A stretch of DNA of 64,000 nt from Malacoraja senta (taxonomy: Eukaryota): assembly GCA_038087875.1 (NCBI GenBank), contig CM075996.1, positions 682,001 through 746,000 of the forward strand, in the 5' to 3' direction. Below, one piece after another: positions 49,301-62,480 of the stretch (within the stretch, counting starts at the first letter, position 1; every line of letters begins with the position of its first letter). The notes beneath the pieces are model-generated. The model was given only the letters and a program-made list of their open reading frames with translations, searched no databases and was not told the origin of the DNA. The translations under genes and the position numbers were made by a program.

Positions 49301-51148
49301 ATGTGTGAGGATAAACAATGTGCTTTACCAGCTATGAGACTAATGGGTGATTCCACAAATCGTTTGCCCAGTCCTCAACCAATGTAATTGTTCTGGCTGG
49401 AAAGCACAACAGTGCATGAACCGATGTACATTTTATCATCCTCTCTCGTTTTTCCATAAAACTAGTTTCCCATTATCATGGGGTTGTGGAAGGATTGAAT
49501 GTGTGATTTATGAATAGAGAACCAAAAAATATAGTTGTTTGATGTATCTGCATAAAACGTGGTGCTCGTTCATGTGAAAAAGCTAGAATGGTGGAAGGAA
49601 AGAGAATCTTGAAGATCAAGAATCACATGGATGCAACAGCATCCCTACACTTCTATCATGTGTGTGGAAGAAACTATTGAGCCCAGATTGGTCTAATCAA
49701 TCTCCATAAACATTGCAACGCTGCAGACTAAATGTCATGATGTTACTCAAGAATGAGTGATGAAAGCACATTGTCTTAACTCTTGTTTTTTGTCTTGCTG
49801 GCCACTCTCTCAAAATGGTCAAGTACAATGATAATATACTTCTCATTCCTGCACCAAAGTGTCACTAACAGTGATTTGTTTTTGAGGATTTTTATTGAGT
49901 CTCAAAGATTATGGAGTATTACCAGAACTAAAGTCTGTTCAGAAACAATTTGATGCTCTTCATGGTAACGTCTTTTGAGGCTAACATAAGATTACCCTTT
50001 GCATGATACCATGATGGCAGGTTGCTTATGAGACATGGAAAAGAGTTGTTGCAAGTATTGAGGCCTGTGACTGTCCTTTGACAAACTGGGGTAAGCTGGG
50101 GCGTGGATCTGCAGATGATAGTAATTGAGCTAAGAGTATTAATGGGAAGTAGTTATTTTTCAAATAACATCAAAGTATGTTAAATATTATGACAACATCG
50201 ATTGCAGAAAGAACCACAAAATTCTCATTGAATTCTAATATATTCAGTGGCTTGAAATTTGCCTTGTCTTTGTTATTTTGTCTTTTACCAGTGCCCTTGT
50301 CTACCGGAAATGTATTGTGGATCAAATTCCTTTTTCTTTTTGCATGTTTATCAGCAACCTGCAAGTGTAATAGTGTAGGTAAATGGGAGAATTGTGGCCA
50401 ATGGGCAATTCATATACATCACTCAAAGAGATTTGTGCACGAAATGGTTCGGGTCTTTAGTAATGGCTGATTGCTGCTTAGGCCAAATGAGTCCCTTTTC
50501 TTTATATAGAAATCAAACTCTGGAATAACCAAGAATTAATTCATAATCATGTTTTAATCATTTCTCTTACTGCTATCTTGTAACTTTAGTTGTCGAAGAC
50601 TGGTGGAAAGTAAAAAGAATATTCAAAAATGATAGTGTTTTTGAAAAGTTTCACTAACAAACAGAAATGGTCAAAGAAAACAATTTAAAAATAATTGGCG
50701 AAAAGTAAAAGTGAGGCATGTTGGTGGTGTTTAGCATTGCTCATACAAAAAAACAATACTTGGAAGTGCTGAGGTAGTTGTACAAAGATACTATCATAAT
50801 CTAAGATAGTAAAATCTTTGTAAAAGATATGCAGTAACAAAATGAGATGCTGTAACAGTGGAGTATGAAACTGCACGTGGCAAATTCTTCACCAAGGGAA
50901 TGAATAGAATTTGGGAGAATGTACATGAACTTTCTACATGTGATAAAATTGTACGCCTACTTGTACAGATTTTGATATGGACATTTATAAGGCTATTTAG
51001 GTTTGTCTCAGGGTTGTTCTTCTGAAGAAATTAATAGAAATAATTAATTCCTGAAAAAAGGACTTTTAAAAATGCACCTATTCCTCACCTGAAAACTAGC
51101 TATTATTGTATGTGTGTTGTTTATTGTATGTTATTATTGTGTGTTATT

Positions 51149-51299
51149 NNNNNNNNNNNNNNNNNNNNNNNNNNNNNNNNNNNNNNNNNNNNNNNNNNNN
51201 NNNNNNNNNNNNNNNNNNNNNNNNNNNNNNNNNNNNNNNNNNNNNNNNNNNNNNNNNNNNNNNNNNNNNNNNNNNNNNNNNNNNNNNNNNNNNNNNNNN
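51149..51299. other. Assembly gap
   Basis: Run of N after a TTA/GT-rich simple repeat. Confidence 1.
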
Positions 51300-53973
51300 A
51301 GCAGATTGTCTAAAACTGCATTATAACAAAAACAGGAAGAGTGGAACTCGCACAATTGACAACAGTTGTGTGAAGCTTTTAATATATGTCCATTGAGCTG
51401 TGAAATGTACCTTGAAGTGAAATTGTAAATGTTGCCCATCTGTATTCTGGGAATGATCTGGGCTGATCAGCAAATCCACCAATTGATGTAAGTATTAATC
51501 TGGACCTCCACTTGGAAAATGAAATTGGAGCCGACACAAATTTAGGAAGAACTACTATTTGCCTTGCCATAATACAAACTGTAGTTGTTAGGTCAATTGA
51601 AACTTGCAAGAATGAACAGTAGATTTTTGTAGTGCATGGTATCAAGTGATTTTAACCACATTCATCTAAATTTTGATTTGTGATTTGGTCAATAGGATGG
51701 CTGCAGGTCATCCATTTGTGAGTAGCATGATTAGTGTAAACCATCACAACCAAGCACAATTTTGTCTTTCTCTTTGCTTTTAAATATTCTTTCCTCAGTC
51801 ATCACAGATTAGAAAACAATTGATTATTTCCCCGTTGAAATGCTCAGGAAAATTGTGGAATAGATAGCACCAGAACTGTTTCTTGATTGAGTTTTTATTT
51901 CCAGGAAGATCTTTTGATTTCAGATGCCCCAATATCTGATGAACTCTTATTCGTTATGTGCAATATAATTTGAAACGTGTGTTTTAATTCAGACCGATGA
52001 ATCTGTTTATGGCAGCCAAGGGTTAATAAAGTTCTTTCCCTACTGCAACACTCTTCAAATTCCAGCCTCCATTTTCTCTACAGTCACCTCGGCATAATTC
52101 TTTCAGTGCGATGTTGTGAAAACTACACGGGTTTCTGCTTTCTTTCCTTCTATGCCACCTCCCACCTTTTCAGCGAGAGTCGTCTGTTTGGTTATGAGGT
52201 GGGCAAACTGCCAAAAATGTGTGACAGCAAATAAGCGTATGCAAAACAGCGTTGCGTTTTAGGGAGGCGGTGCCTGCAAGCAACCATTCATCAGGACCTC
52301 AGTACCCAGCAAAAACTACTTTACTACAGAGAGAGCGAGACCAGAATTCTATTGCAATTTTCAAGTTCCCACTGTGTGTGTGTTTATGTTCGTATTTTTT
52401 TTGTAATGTAGTTTTTTATTTCCTGTCCCGGTATTTGGCTGGCTTTCAACCGTCGCAGCGATCTTTTGTCTTATTTTGCTGGTCTCTCATCGGTTGAGAC
52501 GCACTTGAGATTGGTGAGCGTTAAATGGGAATGAGAAATATGCAATTTTTTTTCCAAAACGCAATGTACCCTACCTCATTGAGGAAAACAATAAACGCCA
52601 TATTTAGGGAAGATTTCAAATGGCAAATCCTTATATATGCAATATTTTGCTTTAAAAAAAAAAGCTGTTTCATTTTTAATTTCCTAAGAAAATAACGACC
52701 TACTTGAGATGTGGTCTGAATTGATAATTTGGTGCAGATTTCTTTTTAATTGTGGATTTATTTTGCTGTGCAATGTTGATATTTGCATTTTATGTATTTT
52801 TAGAGTGTGCAGTTACTTTTTAAATCTTCTATCGATTGCTTCTGTTCGAAATGTTGCCCTTGTGGTAATTTTGCTATTCTGTATTTGCCCCACTGCATAC
52901 TTCATAATGTTACTACTTTTTTTAGGGTCTGATGCGCTTCTTTTCCTATGTAATACCTTGCACATTTTTTTTAATTTGTTGTGGATTTTGTATCCTCCCA
53001 CTGGGCAAAGGACCAGTGATGAACACGGGTGCCAGTTTACTGTTGGTTCTTTGCCCAAATGATCAATCTCTGAATACAAATCTTGACTGTGAATATGTCA
53101 ATTTTTTTGACTGTTGGAAACATTGCAACTATCTCACCCAACAATCAGGCATATAATTTTTTCAGCAAGCTGGAAACCAATCAAGAGGCATGGTTAATTA
53201 GCGTTCTCTTCCTTCTCTCAGGTGTGATGTGATGGTTGTAATGCCACAATAAAGAGATATGCTAGCTAAGAGAGAACTATGGAATAAATAGAACTTTTCT
53301 TAGCTTAGACGTTGGAGTAGGTGATGGTGCAATTTCTTCTTCTTTTTCCCTGCCCTCACTTTTCCCCCACCTATGTTAACAGGGTGTTGGTGAGTTAGGC
53401 AGGCTGTAATCCGAAAATTAAACGAGAATGTAATAAGACCAGTATAGTCATTGGAAACTTTAATCTTCTCGTAGACTGAACAAACCAGTAGAGGATGTTT
53501 ATTTATTGCGTTAGTTTCTTCTAAGTATATATAATGGGACAACTAGGAAGGATGAATTTTAAACCTATTTTTGTGCAACACTTGATAATCTGCAATATTG
53601 TTGTTGTAAAGGTGTCTCCAGGGAACCATCATCATCATAGAATTTTATATTGAATTTGAAAGTGATTTAGTTAAATCCAAAATAAAAGTGGTGCAAATAA
53701 GGAACTTTAAAATATTATTTATAGAGAAAAGGAACATGAGTAACTAATGGAACTAAAAACGATCAAATTTTCAGACCTTATGTTCTAAAGAAAGCTTAGA
53801 TGTTGGTAAATATCTCCGAAACAAATTCAACCTAGATTTGCTGTATTTTTAAATAGGAAAGGTTAGTTCAGAAGGTTAAGAGTCGAGATGGAATATAAAC
53901 CATGATTATTGAAGACAATGAAGAAGAAAATAGCCTACTTTCTTATATAAGCTATTTTAACATAGTGGTCTTA

Positions 53974-55366
53974 CAGTGCCCTCCATAATGTTTGGGGCAA
54001 AGACCCATCATTTATTTATTTGCCTCTGTACTCCACAATTTGAGATTTGTAATATAAAAAATCACATGTGGTTAAAGTGCACATTGTCAGATTTTAATAA
54101 AGACAATTTTTATACATTTTGGTTTCACCATGTAGAAATTACAGCAATGTGTATACATAATCCCCCCCCATTTTAGGGCACCATAATGTTTGGGACACGG
54201 CACTGTCATGTAAATTAAAGTAGTCATGTTTAGTATTTTGTTGCATATCCTTTGCATGCAATGACTGCTTGAAGTCTGCGATTCATGGACATCACCAGTT
54301 GCTGGGTGCCTTCTCTGGTGATGCTCTGCCGGGCATGTATTGCAGCCATCTTTACTTATGCATGTTTTATCTTCAGCATATAAAAGGCATGCTCAATTGG
54401 GTTCAGATCGGATGATTGACTTTGCCACTCAAGAATTGACCAGTTTTTAGCTTTGAAAAACTCCTTTGTTGCTTGGGATCATTGTCTTGCTGCAGATTGA
54501 ACCGCCGGCCAATGAGTTTTGAGGCATTTGTTTGAACTTGAGCAGATAGGATGTGTCTGTACACTTCAGAATTCATTATGCTACTACCATCAGCAGTTGT
54601 ATCATCAATGAAGATAAGTGAGCCAGTAGCTTCAGCAGCCATACATGCCCAGGTCATAACACCCCCGTGTTTCACAGATCAGGTGGTATGCTTTGGATCT
54701 TGGGCAGTTCCTTCTCTCCTCCATACTTTGCTCTTGCCATCACTCTAATATAAGTTATTCTTCGTCTCATCTGTCCACAAGACCTTTTTCCAGAACTGTG
54801 GTTGCTCTTTTAAGTACTTCTTGGCAAACTATAACCTGGCCATCCTATTTTTGCGGCTAACCAGTGGTTTGCATCTTGCAGTGCAACCTCTGTATTTCTG
54901 TTCATGAAGTCTTCTGCAGACAATGGACATTGACAAATCCACACCTGACTCCTGAAGGGTATTTCTGATCTGTCGGACAGGTGTTTGGGGATTTTTCTTT
55001 ATTATAGAGAGAATTCTTCTGTCATCAGCTGTGGAGGTCTTCCTTGGCCTGCCAGTCCTTTTGCGATTAGTAAGCTCACCAGTGCTCTCTTCTTAATGAT
55101 GTTCCAAACAGTTGATTTTGGTAAACCTAATGTTTGGCTGATGTCTCCAACAGTTTTATTCTTGTTTCTCAGTCTCATAATGGCTTCTTTGACTTTCATT
55201 GGCACAACTTTGGTCCTCATGTTGATAAACAGCAATAAAAGTTTCCAAAGGTGATGGTGCACTTTAGCCACATGTGATTTTTTTCTATGACAAATCTCAA
55301 ATTGTGGAGTACAGAGGAAAATAAATAAATGATGGGTCTTTGTCCCAAACATTATGGAGGGCACTG
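53974..55366 (-). mobile_element. Tc1-family DNA transposon with disrupted transposase
   Basis: TIR CAGTGCCCTCCATAATGTTTGGG at both ends, TA TSD; minus ORFs give paired-like N-terminus (ISQTLGLPKSTVWNIIKK) and catalytic region (KHGG, W.CM, QQDNDPK). Confidence 0.95.
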
Positions 55367-55579
55367 TAGCTGCATAATATCTTTGCTCAATAAACCTTCA
55401 AAGAAATTGAAGTCCAGATTCACCACTGGTGATAAAATAGATGGATGCATTACGTTAATGCTTCCAGATTAGACCCAGAAAATAGAATCTTTTTTTCTAT
55501 ACGAGCATGAGTTTATTTTAGGAACTAAGGAGAATTTCACAACTTGCTAATTTTCAGTTTGGTTAATTGTTTCCTTTAG

Positions 55580-55770
55580 GTGGTTGAGTGGATTGGTTTG
55601 GTCCATGATAAATTAAAATACGGTCTGTGGAACGCAGGCTGGTGTTGATACTCGGCAACAGTGACTTCTGTTTTGATAACTGGGGCTTCTTTAGGTTCAC
55701 AGAGAAACGTCCGAGGTGTCCTTGTAGAACTAAGTTATATCTGACAATGAACAGGAGAAGTAATCTTAAG
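55580..55770 (+). other. Candidate 5' UTR exon
   Basis: Acceptor TTGTTTCCTTTAG and donor AAG|GTATTT in non-repetitive sequence. Confidence 0.35.
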
Positions 55771-56855
55771 GTATTTGCATTTGTATATGTTAGAACAACT
55801 GGAATAGAGTTGTGGTGAAGGAAAATTGAGAACAGATGTTAAGGTGGTCTTTTTTATATTTTGAAGGTGATCAGCAGCTGGAGCAGGTTGCCAATGAATG
55901 TGTTTAAGATCAGGATGCAGAAGGGGCTGGAAGTTATAATAGGAAGCAAGTATGGATGGCTTTTCGTCAGATGTGATTTTGGGCTGTAGTCATCATCTAA
56001 ATCAATCTGAGGGTCTTGGTCCTCATTTTTCTTTTAATTCTGTTGACAAATACAAACTTTGTACTCTGAGGTGATGGGATGAAGATTAGCAGATGGAGTG
56101 ATTGGTAAAAAGACATGAAAAATATAAATGGAAATTCAGTTATGGAGTTATTTTGTGAAATAATTTACAGCTTAATTAAAAAGATACTTATCCTTTGTCT
56201 TGCATTATGTGAAATCTTGATTTAAATTATATTCAACATTTATTTCATTGATTCTTGGAATATGGGTGAATATAATGAATAATTTTTTATGGTGAATAAC
56301 TTTGTTCTGTGTCACCCAAAATGCAAAAAGAACAAATTGAACCTTGTATAACCACTGAGGAATGTAGTAATTATGTCAATTATGGAAGCAGTTAAAGTGG
56401 GGAATTAAGAGTGGCATGCGTAACACCCAAGACAATTTAAAATTATATTTGTTTTTACACTGTTTCTTCTCGCTATTCACATTCTTGGGACTTAAACTAT
56501 TTTTCACCCTGCATCTGTAGTTATTGTAATTTATTAAAAAGTACTGCAATTGGTATCATCTCACAGAAATGTACGCATCCCATAATACCAGTTTGGAGAT
56601 TGATTCTATGGCTGCAGAAAAGCTTAGTTAAAATATATAATAAACATATATTTTGAAACACTGTTAATTTGGAATTTAGACTTGGAAAGAATCTATTGGA
56701 AAATACAATTTTCTTGTCATGTATAATTGAAAGATATATCTGTTTTAAATAATTCATAAGGATGCTTGTGCATAAAAAAGTTTCTTATTTCCGTTTATGT
56801 GAAATTATATAACAAGCTGGTGAAGTAATGAAATGTGTAATTATTTGTGTTGCAG

Positions 56856-56926
56856 GATCTTTGCACCATATGTAGTTGGGAGAGAAGACCTGTTGGGCTA
56901 TAGACGCCCTTGAAAAACTGTTACAG
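56856..56926 (+). other. Candidate 5' UTR exon (71 nt)
   Basis: Acceptor TTTGTGTTGCAG and donor CAG|GTAATA. Confidence 0.55.
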
Positions 56927-57757
56927 GTAATATGTATTTTTGAAATAAGCTGTTGAGCTTTTTTTTTCATGTAAACCTGTCTCCAAATTAATATTAAAAT
57001 CTATTTTGTACTTTTGCATAAAGTAGCAGCAAGCTATCTACATTGATGCCTAGAATGATTTGGAATTTGATTTGTAGGAATTGTGAAAATATTTATTATA
57101 ATGAATTTAAGGTATTAGTAAATAGGAAATATATGATCATTGGCATTTTGTTCTTGTATGTTACTTTTAACGCTTGGTTCCACCTTCCTCCAAAATTTAA
57201 AAGGTCAACAGTGCTATAGTTTTAATCTGTTATCTATGGCAAGTCAAATTTCACTACACCAATTGGTGTATGTGATAATAAATGTCCTTTGTATCCTTTG
57301 TATTAGTTTACAGATTAAACCGAATGGTTAACAGATTATTGTTTCCCGTTCAAATCTGGCGCTTGATAGCTGGATGACTGGTATTGGAAATGGAGCAATG
57401 TCACACTAGAGTGTAGTTGAGACATACATATTGTTACTAAGGAGTAGACTAATGTTTAATGTTAGTGCAGATTACTGTGATCTATTCTGCATTGCTCCTG
57501 ACTTCGGTGAACTCCGTCCAGATGAAATGGAAAATATTCTATTCCCCATCTTTGGAGTCTAGTTTCAGATAATAGTAATTATGATATAGCAGAATGATAA
57601 AGTTATATTAGTGGATAGGGTAGTTAGGTCTCAGATTTAATATAAATGCTTACAATGCTTGAGTAGGTATATCATTGGTTGAAATAGATCTTTCATTTGC
57701 ATTGTCTTTGTAATGATATTTTTTGACTTTATAACATTAAAATGTTTTTCTTTTCAG

Positions 57758-57857
57758 TGTTTGTACAAAAGTGTTTGCGGATATTTGCACAGAAACCCTT
57801 CTCATGCAGGTTAATGACGGGTCAAGGCACCAGGAAGCAAATCCCAAGACGTTCAAG
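57758..57857 (+). CDS. Candidate exon (100 nt), possibly the first coding exon; product unknown
   Basis: Acceptor TTTTTCTTTTCAG and donor AAG|GTAAAG; ATG 57804 (MQVNDGSRHQEANPKTFK) and ATG 57814 (MTGQGTRKQIPRRS) are both open to the donor. Confidence 0.45.
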
Positions 57858-58329
57858 GTAAAGATGTCAGTTTTAGACTTTCTGATTCTATTCAGGTCCA
57901 TGCTTGTGATTGTTTAGACGTTTATATTAAAGGATTTTCTAGGAGATTCATGGTCTGGGTTGATTTAGATGCTTTAATCTTGTCCAGAACAGAGAGTACT
58001 ATAATTGACCTCTACAAGGACTATAGAGGAAGAAATCATCCAAAGTTCTTGGTGGTCATTACTACTGATTGTTTTTGCAGAAATTGTGATGTGCATGCAA
58101 CAGAATAGTTTGCTAGCACATTATGTCTGGGCTTGTTTCCTAACGAGAGCCATGAAAATTTGATCAAACATTGAGTGTTCCAATTTTAGTTGCTTGGATC
58201 TCTTGTGTCAGTGAAAATGGTATCAAGGATTTGTTTTTGATATCTGCAAAAAATTATAGTACAAGTTGGGGTTCACCTGATGAAACGGAGTATTTGATGT
58301 TCTACATTAGTACAATTTGTAGCATGCCT

Positions 58330-60015
58330 TAACGACTACCGTGTATCATCTTTATCATGAAGTGCTTTCAGACGTTGGTCATGGTGTACATTAATTCCAG
58401 CCTCCCAGACAGCTTTGATCCACTACACTGCCTACTGTTACAAGATGTCAGCTCCACACTTCTCTCTGAAACAATTAGATAACTTGGGTCAATACCTTAA
58501 TCCCAACCAAACTCCTGGACCTAGGAGTCATCACCACCTCCTGGTACTGAATCCTTGACTTTCAGACCACATTCAGTGAGGATATAAAACACTAAATCCT
58601 CCACAATAACTTATCATTGGTGACCCACAAGGATGCATTCTCAACGCCTTACTATACTCCCTATAAACTCATGACTGTGTGGCCAATTCTACTCTAACTC
58701 CATTTACAGGTTTGTAATTATCCGGACCTTAAACTATGATGAGACAGGTACAGGAGGACATAGAGAGTTTAGTAACGATGTCAAGTCAACAACCTCTCCC
58801 CCAATGTCAGAATATATATTAATGATTTAGATGAAGGAATTAAAAGTAACATTAGCAAATTTACAGATGACACAAAACTGGGTGGCAGTGTGAACTGTGA
58901 AGAGGAAGTTATGAGTATGCAAGGTGACATGGATAGGTTGGGTGAGTGTGCAGATGCATGGCAGATGCAATATAATGTGGATAAATGCCAGGTTATCCAT
59001 TTTGGTGGCAAGAACAAGAAGGCAGATTATTATCTGAATAGTGTCAGATTAGGAAAAGGGGAAGTGCAACGAGACCTGGGTGTCCTTGCACATCAGTCAC
59101 TGAAAGTAAGCATGCAAGTACAGCAGGCAGTGAAGAAAGCTAATGGCATGTTGGCCTTCATAACAAGAGGATTTGAATATAGGAGCAAAGAGGTCCTGTA
59201 GTTGTACAGGGCCCTGGTGAGACCATGCCTGGAGTATTGTGTGCAGGTTTGGTCTTGTAATTTGAGGAAGGACATTCTTGCTATTGAGGGAGTGCAGCGT
59301 AGGTTCATGAGGTTAATTCCCGGGATGGCGGGACTGTCATATGATGAAAGAATGGAATGACTGGGCTTGTATTTGCTGGAATTTAGAAGGGTGAGAGGGA
59401 ATCTTATAGAAACATATAACATTCTTATGGGATTGGACAAGCTAGATGCAGGAAACATGTCCCCGATATTGGGGAATCAGGGGCCACAGTTTAAGAATAA
59501 GGGGTAGGCCATTTAGAACTGAGATGAGAAAAAACGTTTTCACCCAGAGTTGTGAATTTGTGGAATTCTCTGCCTCAGAAGGCAGTGGAGGCCGATTCAC
59601 TGGATGCAGTCAAAAGAGAGTTAGATAGAGCTCTTAGGGCTAGAGGAATCAAGGGATATGGGGAGAAGGCAGGAACGGGTACTGATTGTGGATGAGCAGC
59701 CATGATCACATTGAATGGCGGTGCTGGCTCGAAGGGCACCTATTTTCTATGTTCAATGCTTCTAAAGGCAAAGGAGCAAGTTATTGACTTCAGGAAGCGA
59801 GGTGGAGTACATGCCCCCATCAACATCACTGGTATCTAATTGGAAATAGTTGAGAATTTCAAGTTCTTTGGCGTAAATACCACTAACAATATATATTGGA
59901 CCAACCATATAGGAACTATGGCCAAAAAAGCAACCTATGGCTCTACTTCCTCAGGAGTCCAAAGAAGTTCAGCATGTCTCCAACAACTCTTACCAACTTC
60001 TACAGATGCATCATA
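58330..60015 (+). mobile_element. Decayed Rex1/Babar-like LINE RT region, split by CR1
   Basis: MKCFQTLV, PQGCIL..LLYSL, NNLSxNV | K.KE.VIDFRK, FKFFGVN. Confidence 0.75.
58811..59763 (+). mobile_element. CR1 LINE 3' fragment nested in Rex/Babar
   Basis: YINDLDEG, KFTDDTKLGG, WQMQYNVDKC, RDLGV, KKANGMLAFI; TTCTATG-type tail. Confidence 0.9.
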
Positions 60016-60029
60016 GTGCGTATACTATC

Positions 60030-60940
60030 GATTTGTCTGCCTTCTCACCATTGACTCGATCTATATTTTATGCTGCTATGACAAACAATGGACCCAGCAC
60101 AGATCCATCTGTGGCACATCAATTAGGAAAACCAACAGGACACTACCATCACCTGATTGTTCAACCAAGCTGATATGAAATTCAGTTGGCTAGTTCACCC
60201 TAAAACCCATGTGATGTAATGGGATCTAATGAATAGCCTACCATGCAAATTCCTATCCTTTCATGGCCATCTCAGTAAATGCATGTGAGTTGTAATCATT
60301 TAACACTTGGCTCATCTCCTATGGCCCGTCATGTTGATCCTTAAGGAGGCCTATTCTCTTCCTTGTTACCCATTTCCTCTTAATATACCTGCTGTGTTTA
60401 ATGTGTCTGCAAAACGGCAGCAAGTAAGAAATTCATTGTTCCGGTCCTGGTGAATTTAACAGTTAAACATTCTTTACTCTTAAAATCTCCTAGGATTTTC
60501 TTTTTATCTTTTCTACCAGAGCTAGCTCAAGTCCTCTTTTTGTCCTCCCGACTTCTCTCTTGTGTACGCCAACATTTCTTATATTCACAGATATTGTTTG
60601 ATCTCAGCTGCCTATACCTGTCATGCCTCCTTTGTTCTGACTAGAGCCTCATTTTCTCTCAACAACCAGGATTCCCTGCATCTGCCAGCCTTACCTTTAC
60701 TCAATCAGGAACATTCTGTCATAACCCTCTCATTCCCATCTTTTAAAAGCCTTCCACTTGCCAGACATCCCTTTACTTGTAAGTCATATCTCCCAGTCTC
60801 TTGTCTAATTCCTTTAAAATTGGCCTTGACCCAATTTAGGACTTTAAATTGTGGATGAGTCCTATCTATTTATATAACTATTTAAAAATGAATAGAGCTG
60901 TGGTCACTGCTTCCAAAGTGTTCCCCTGCTGACACTTACA
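60030..60940 (-). mobile_element. Decayed CR1 internal fragments
   Basis: Minus strand GEHFGSSDH (APE endonuclease end) at about 60900-60927. Confidence 0.6.
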
Positions 60941-60964
60941 CCCTCATTTGCACTATCATCATTA

Positions 60965-61250
60965 TAGACAATAGACAATAGGTGCACGAGTAGGCCATTC
61001 GGCCCTTCGAGCCAGCACCGCTATTTAATGTGATCATGGCTGATCATCCACAATCAGTACCCCATTCCTGCCTTCTCCTCATATCCCCTGACTCCGCTAT
61101 TTTTAAGAGCCCTATCTAGCTCTCTCTTGAAAGCATCCAGGGAACCTGCCTCCACCACCCTCTGAGGCAGTGAATTCCACAGACTCACCACTCTCTGTGA
61201 GAAAAAGTGTTTCCTCGTCTCCATTCTAAATGGCTTACTCCTTATTCTTA
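60965..61250 (-). mobile_element. CR1 LINE 3' end
   Basis: Reverse complement of 590-860 with (GACAATA)n tail. Confidence 0.9.
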
Positions 61251-61426
61251 AATATCATTAATGCTTACTCCTTATTCTTAATTATCATTATCATTATTAC
61301 CGTATACCATTTTTCTGTAGTCAAGAGGTTGGTATAATTCCAGCTACAGTTTTGATTATAATGAGCTGATATAGCATAGCCCAATAATTAACTGTGATGG
61401 TCCTTGTCTGGCTGACTCAGTTATAT

Positions 61427-61629
61427 CAAAGGTAAACACAAAATGCTGGAGTAACTCAGCGGGACAGGCAGCATCTCTGGAGAGAAGGAATGGGTGACGT
61501 TCGAAGGGTCTCTACCCGAAATGTCACCCATTCCTTCTCTCCAGAGATGCTGCCTGTCCCGCTGAGTTACTCCAACATTTTGTGTCTACCTTCGATTTAA
61601 ACCAGCATCTGCAGTTCTTTCCTACACAT
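61427..61629. mobile_element. Penelope-derived near-perfect palindrome
   Basis: About 70-bp inverted arms; TSD CTCAGTTATAT (61416-61426, 61630-61640). Confidence 0.85.
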
Positions 61630-62339
61630 CTCAGTTATATGCTGGCCATGGGGAAAACTTAAGAATAACTGTTTCAAAATTGGAGTAATTTATTTTAGAA
61701 TGTTTGTATGTTTTCGACAAGCAAAGTCAATGCTCTGGGCTTGTTTTTTTTATATCTTCGAGCATGTGTTTAGAATTAATCATTGCATCACATATAATAA
61801 TGTTTTTAATTTATTTTGGACTGAAGGTCCAGACAAGGGACAACATTACATAAAAATACATTGCATATTAAAAACATCATAAAATACATATAAAATCTTA
61901 GCATACATTGTGAGGAGTTCTATTTGCTTCCTGCTGCAACGATAAGGAAATATGAGACTGTGACACCAGTGTATATATCCTGAACTGGAGGCAGCTGGCT
62001 GAAAGAAGTCATTGAGCCTACGCTGAATTAATATCGGTGGAAATGAATTATCGATGTAAAGCATGCTTCGGCAACCCTGTCGTTTTAGCTGCCTCTGCTA
62101 ATTCCTTTGCTCCTGTATCATCTGAATTTGTCTGTGAATAATTGGAAGACAAACACAGAAGTGAAGAGTTTGTAAATTTATCCTGTATTTTACAGAAATC
62201 AGTGGCCATCCTGTATTTTGGTTAAGTGGTCCTAGTTTATGGGTGAGCTTTGACAGTGACTGTTGCTGGGTGTCTGGCTTTGTTCACTGAGAAAACCGTT
62301 GTCTGATCAAGTTTAATTTGAGAAATTAGAACATATAAT

Positions 62340-62480
62340 CAAGGCTGACAGTTTAGTTACTTTCTGAGGGAATCCTGTACGGTGGTGGTCCCCCTCTTTT
62401 TTTTAAAGGGACATTAAACTCTGATTTTGTCTACCCTCTCAGATGGATATAAAAGATCCTTTGATGCTATTCAGAGAAGC
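62340..62480 (+). mobile_element. DeuSINE-like remnant
   Basis: GTCTACCCTCTCAGATGGATATAAAAGATCC core. Confidence 0.55.

Noticed and set aside
57814-57857. Assigning the exon to ZEB, TSHZ or HIVEP from RKQIPRRS
   Set aside because: Match too short and inexact; the frame is uncertain
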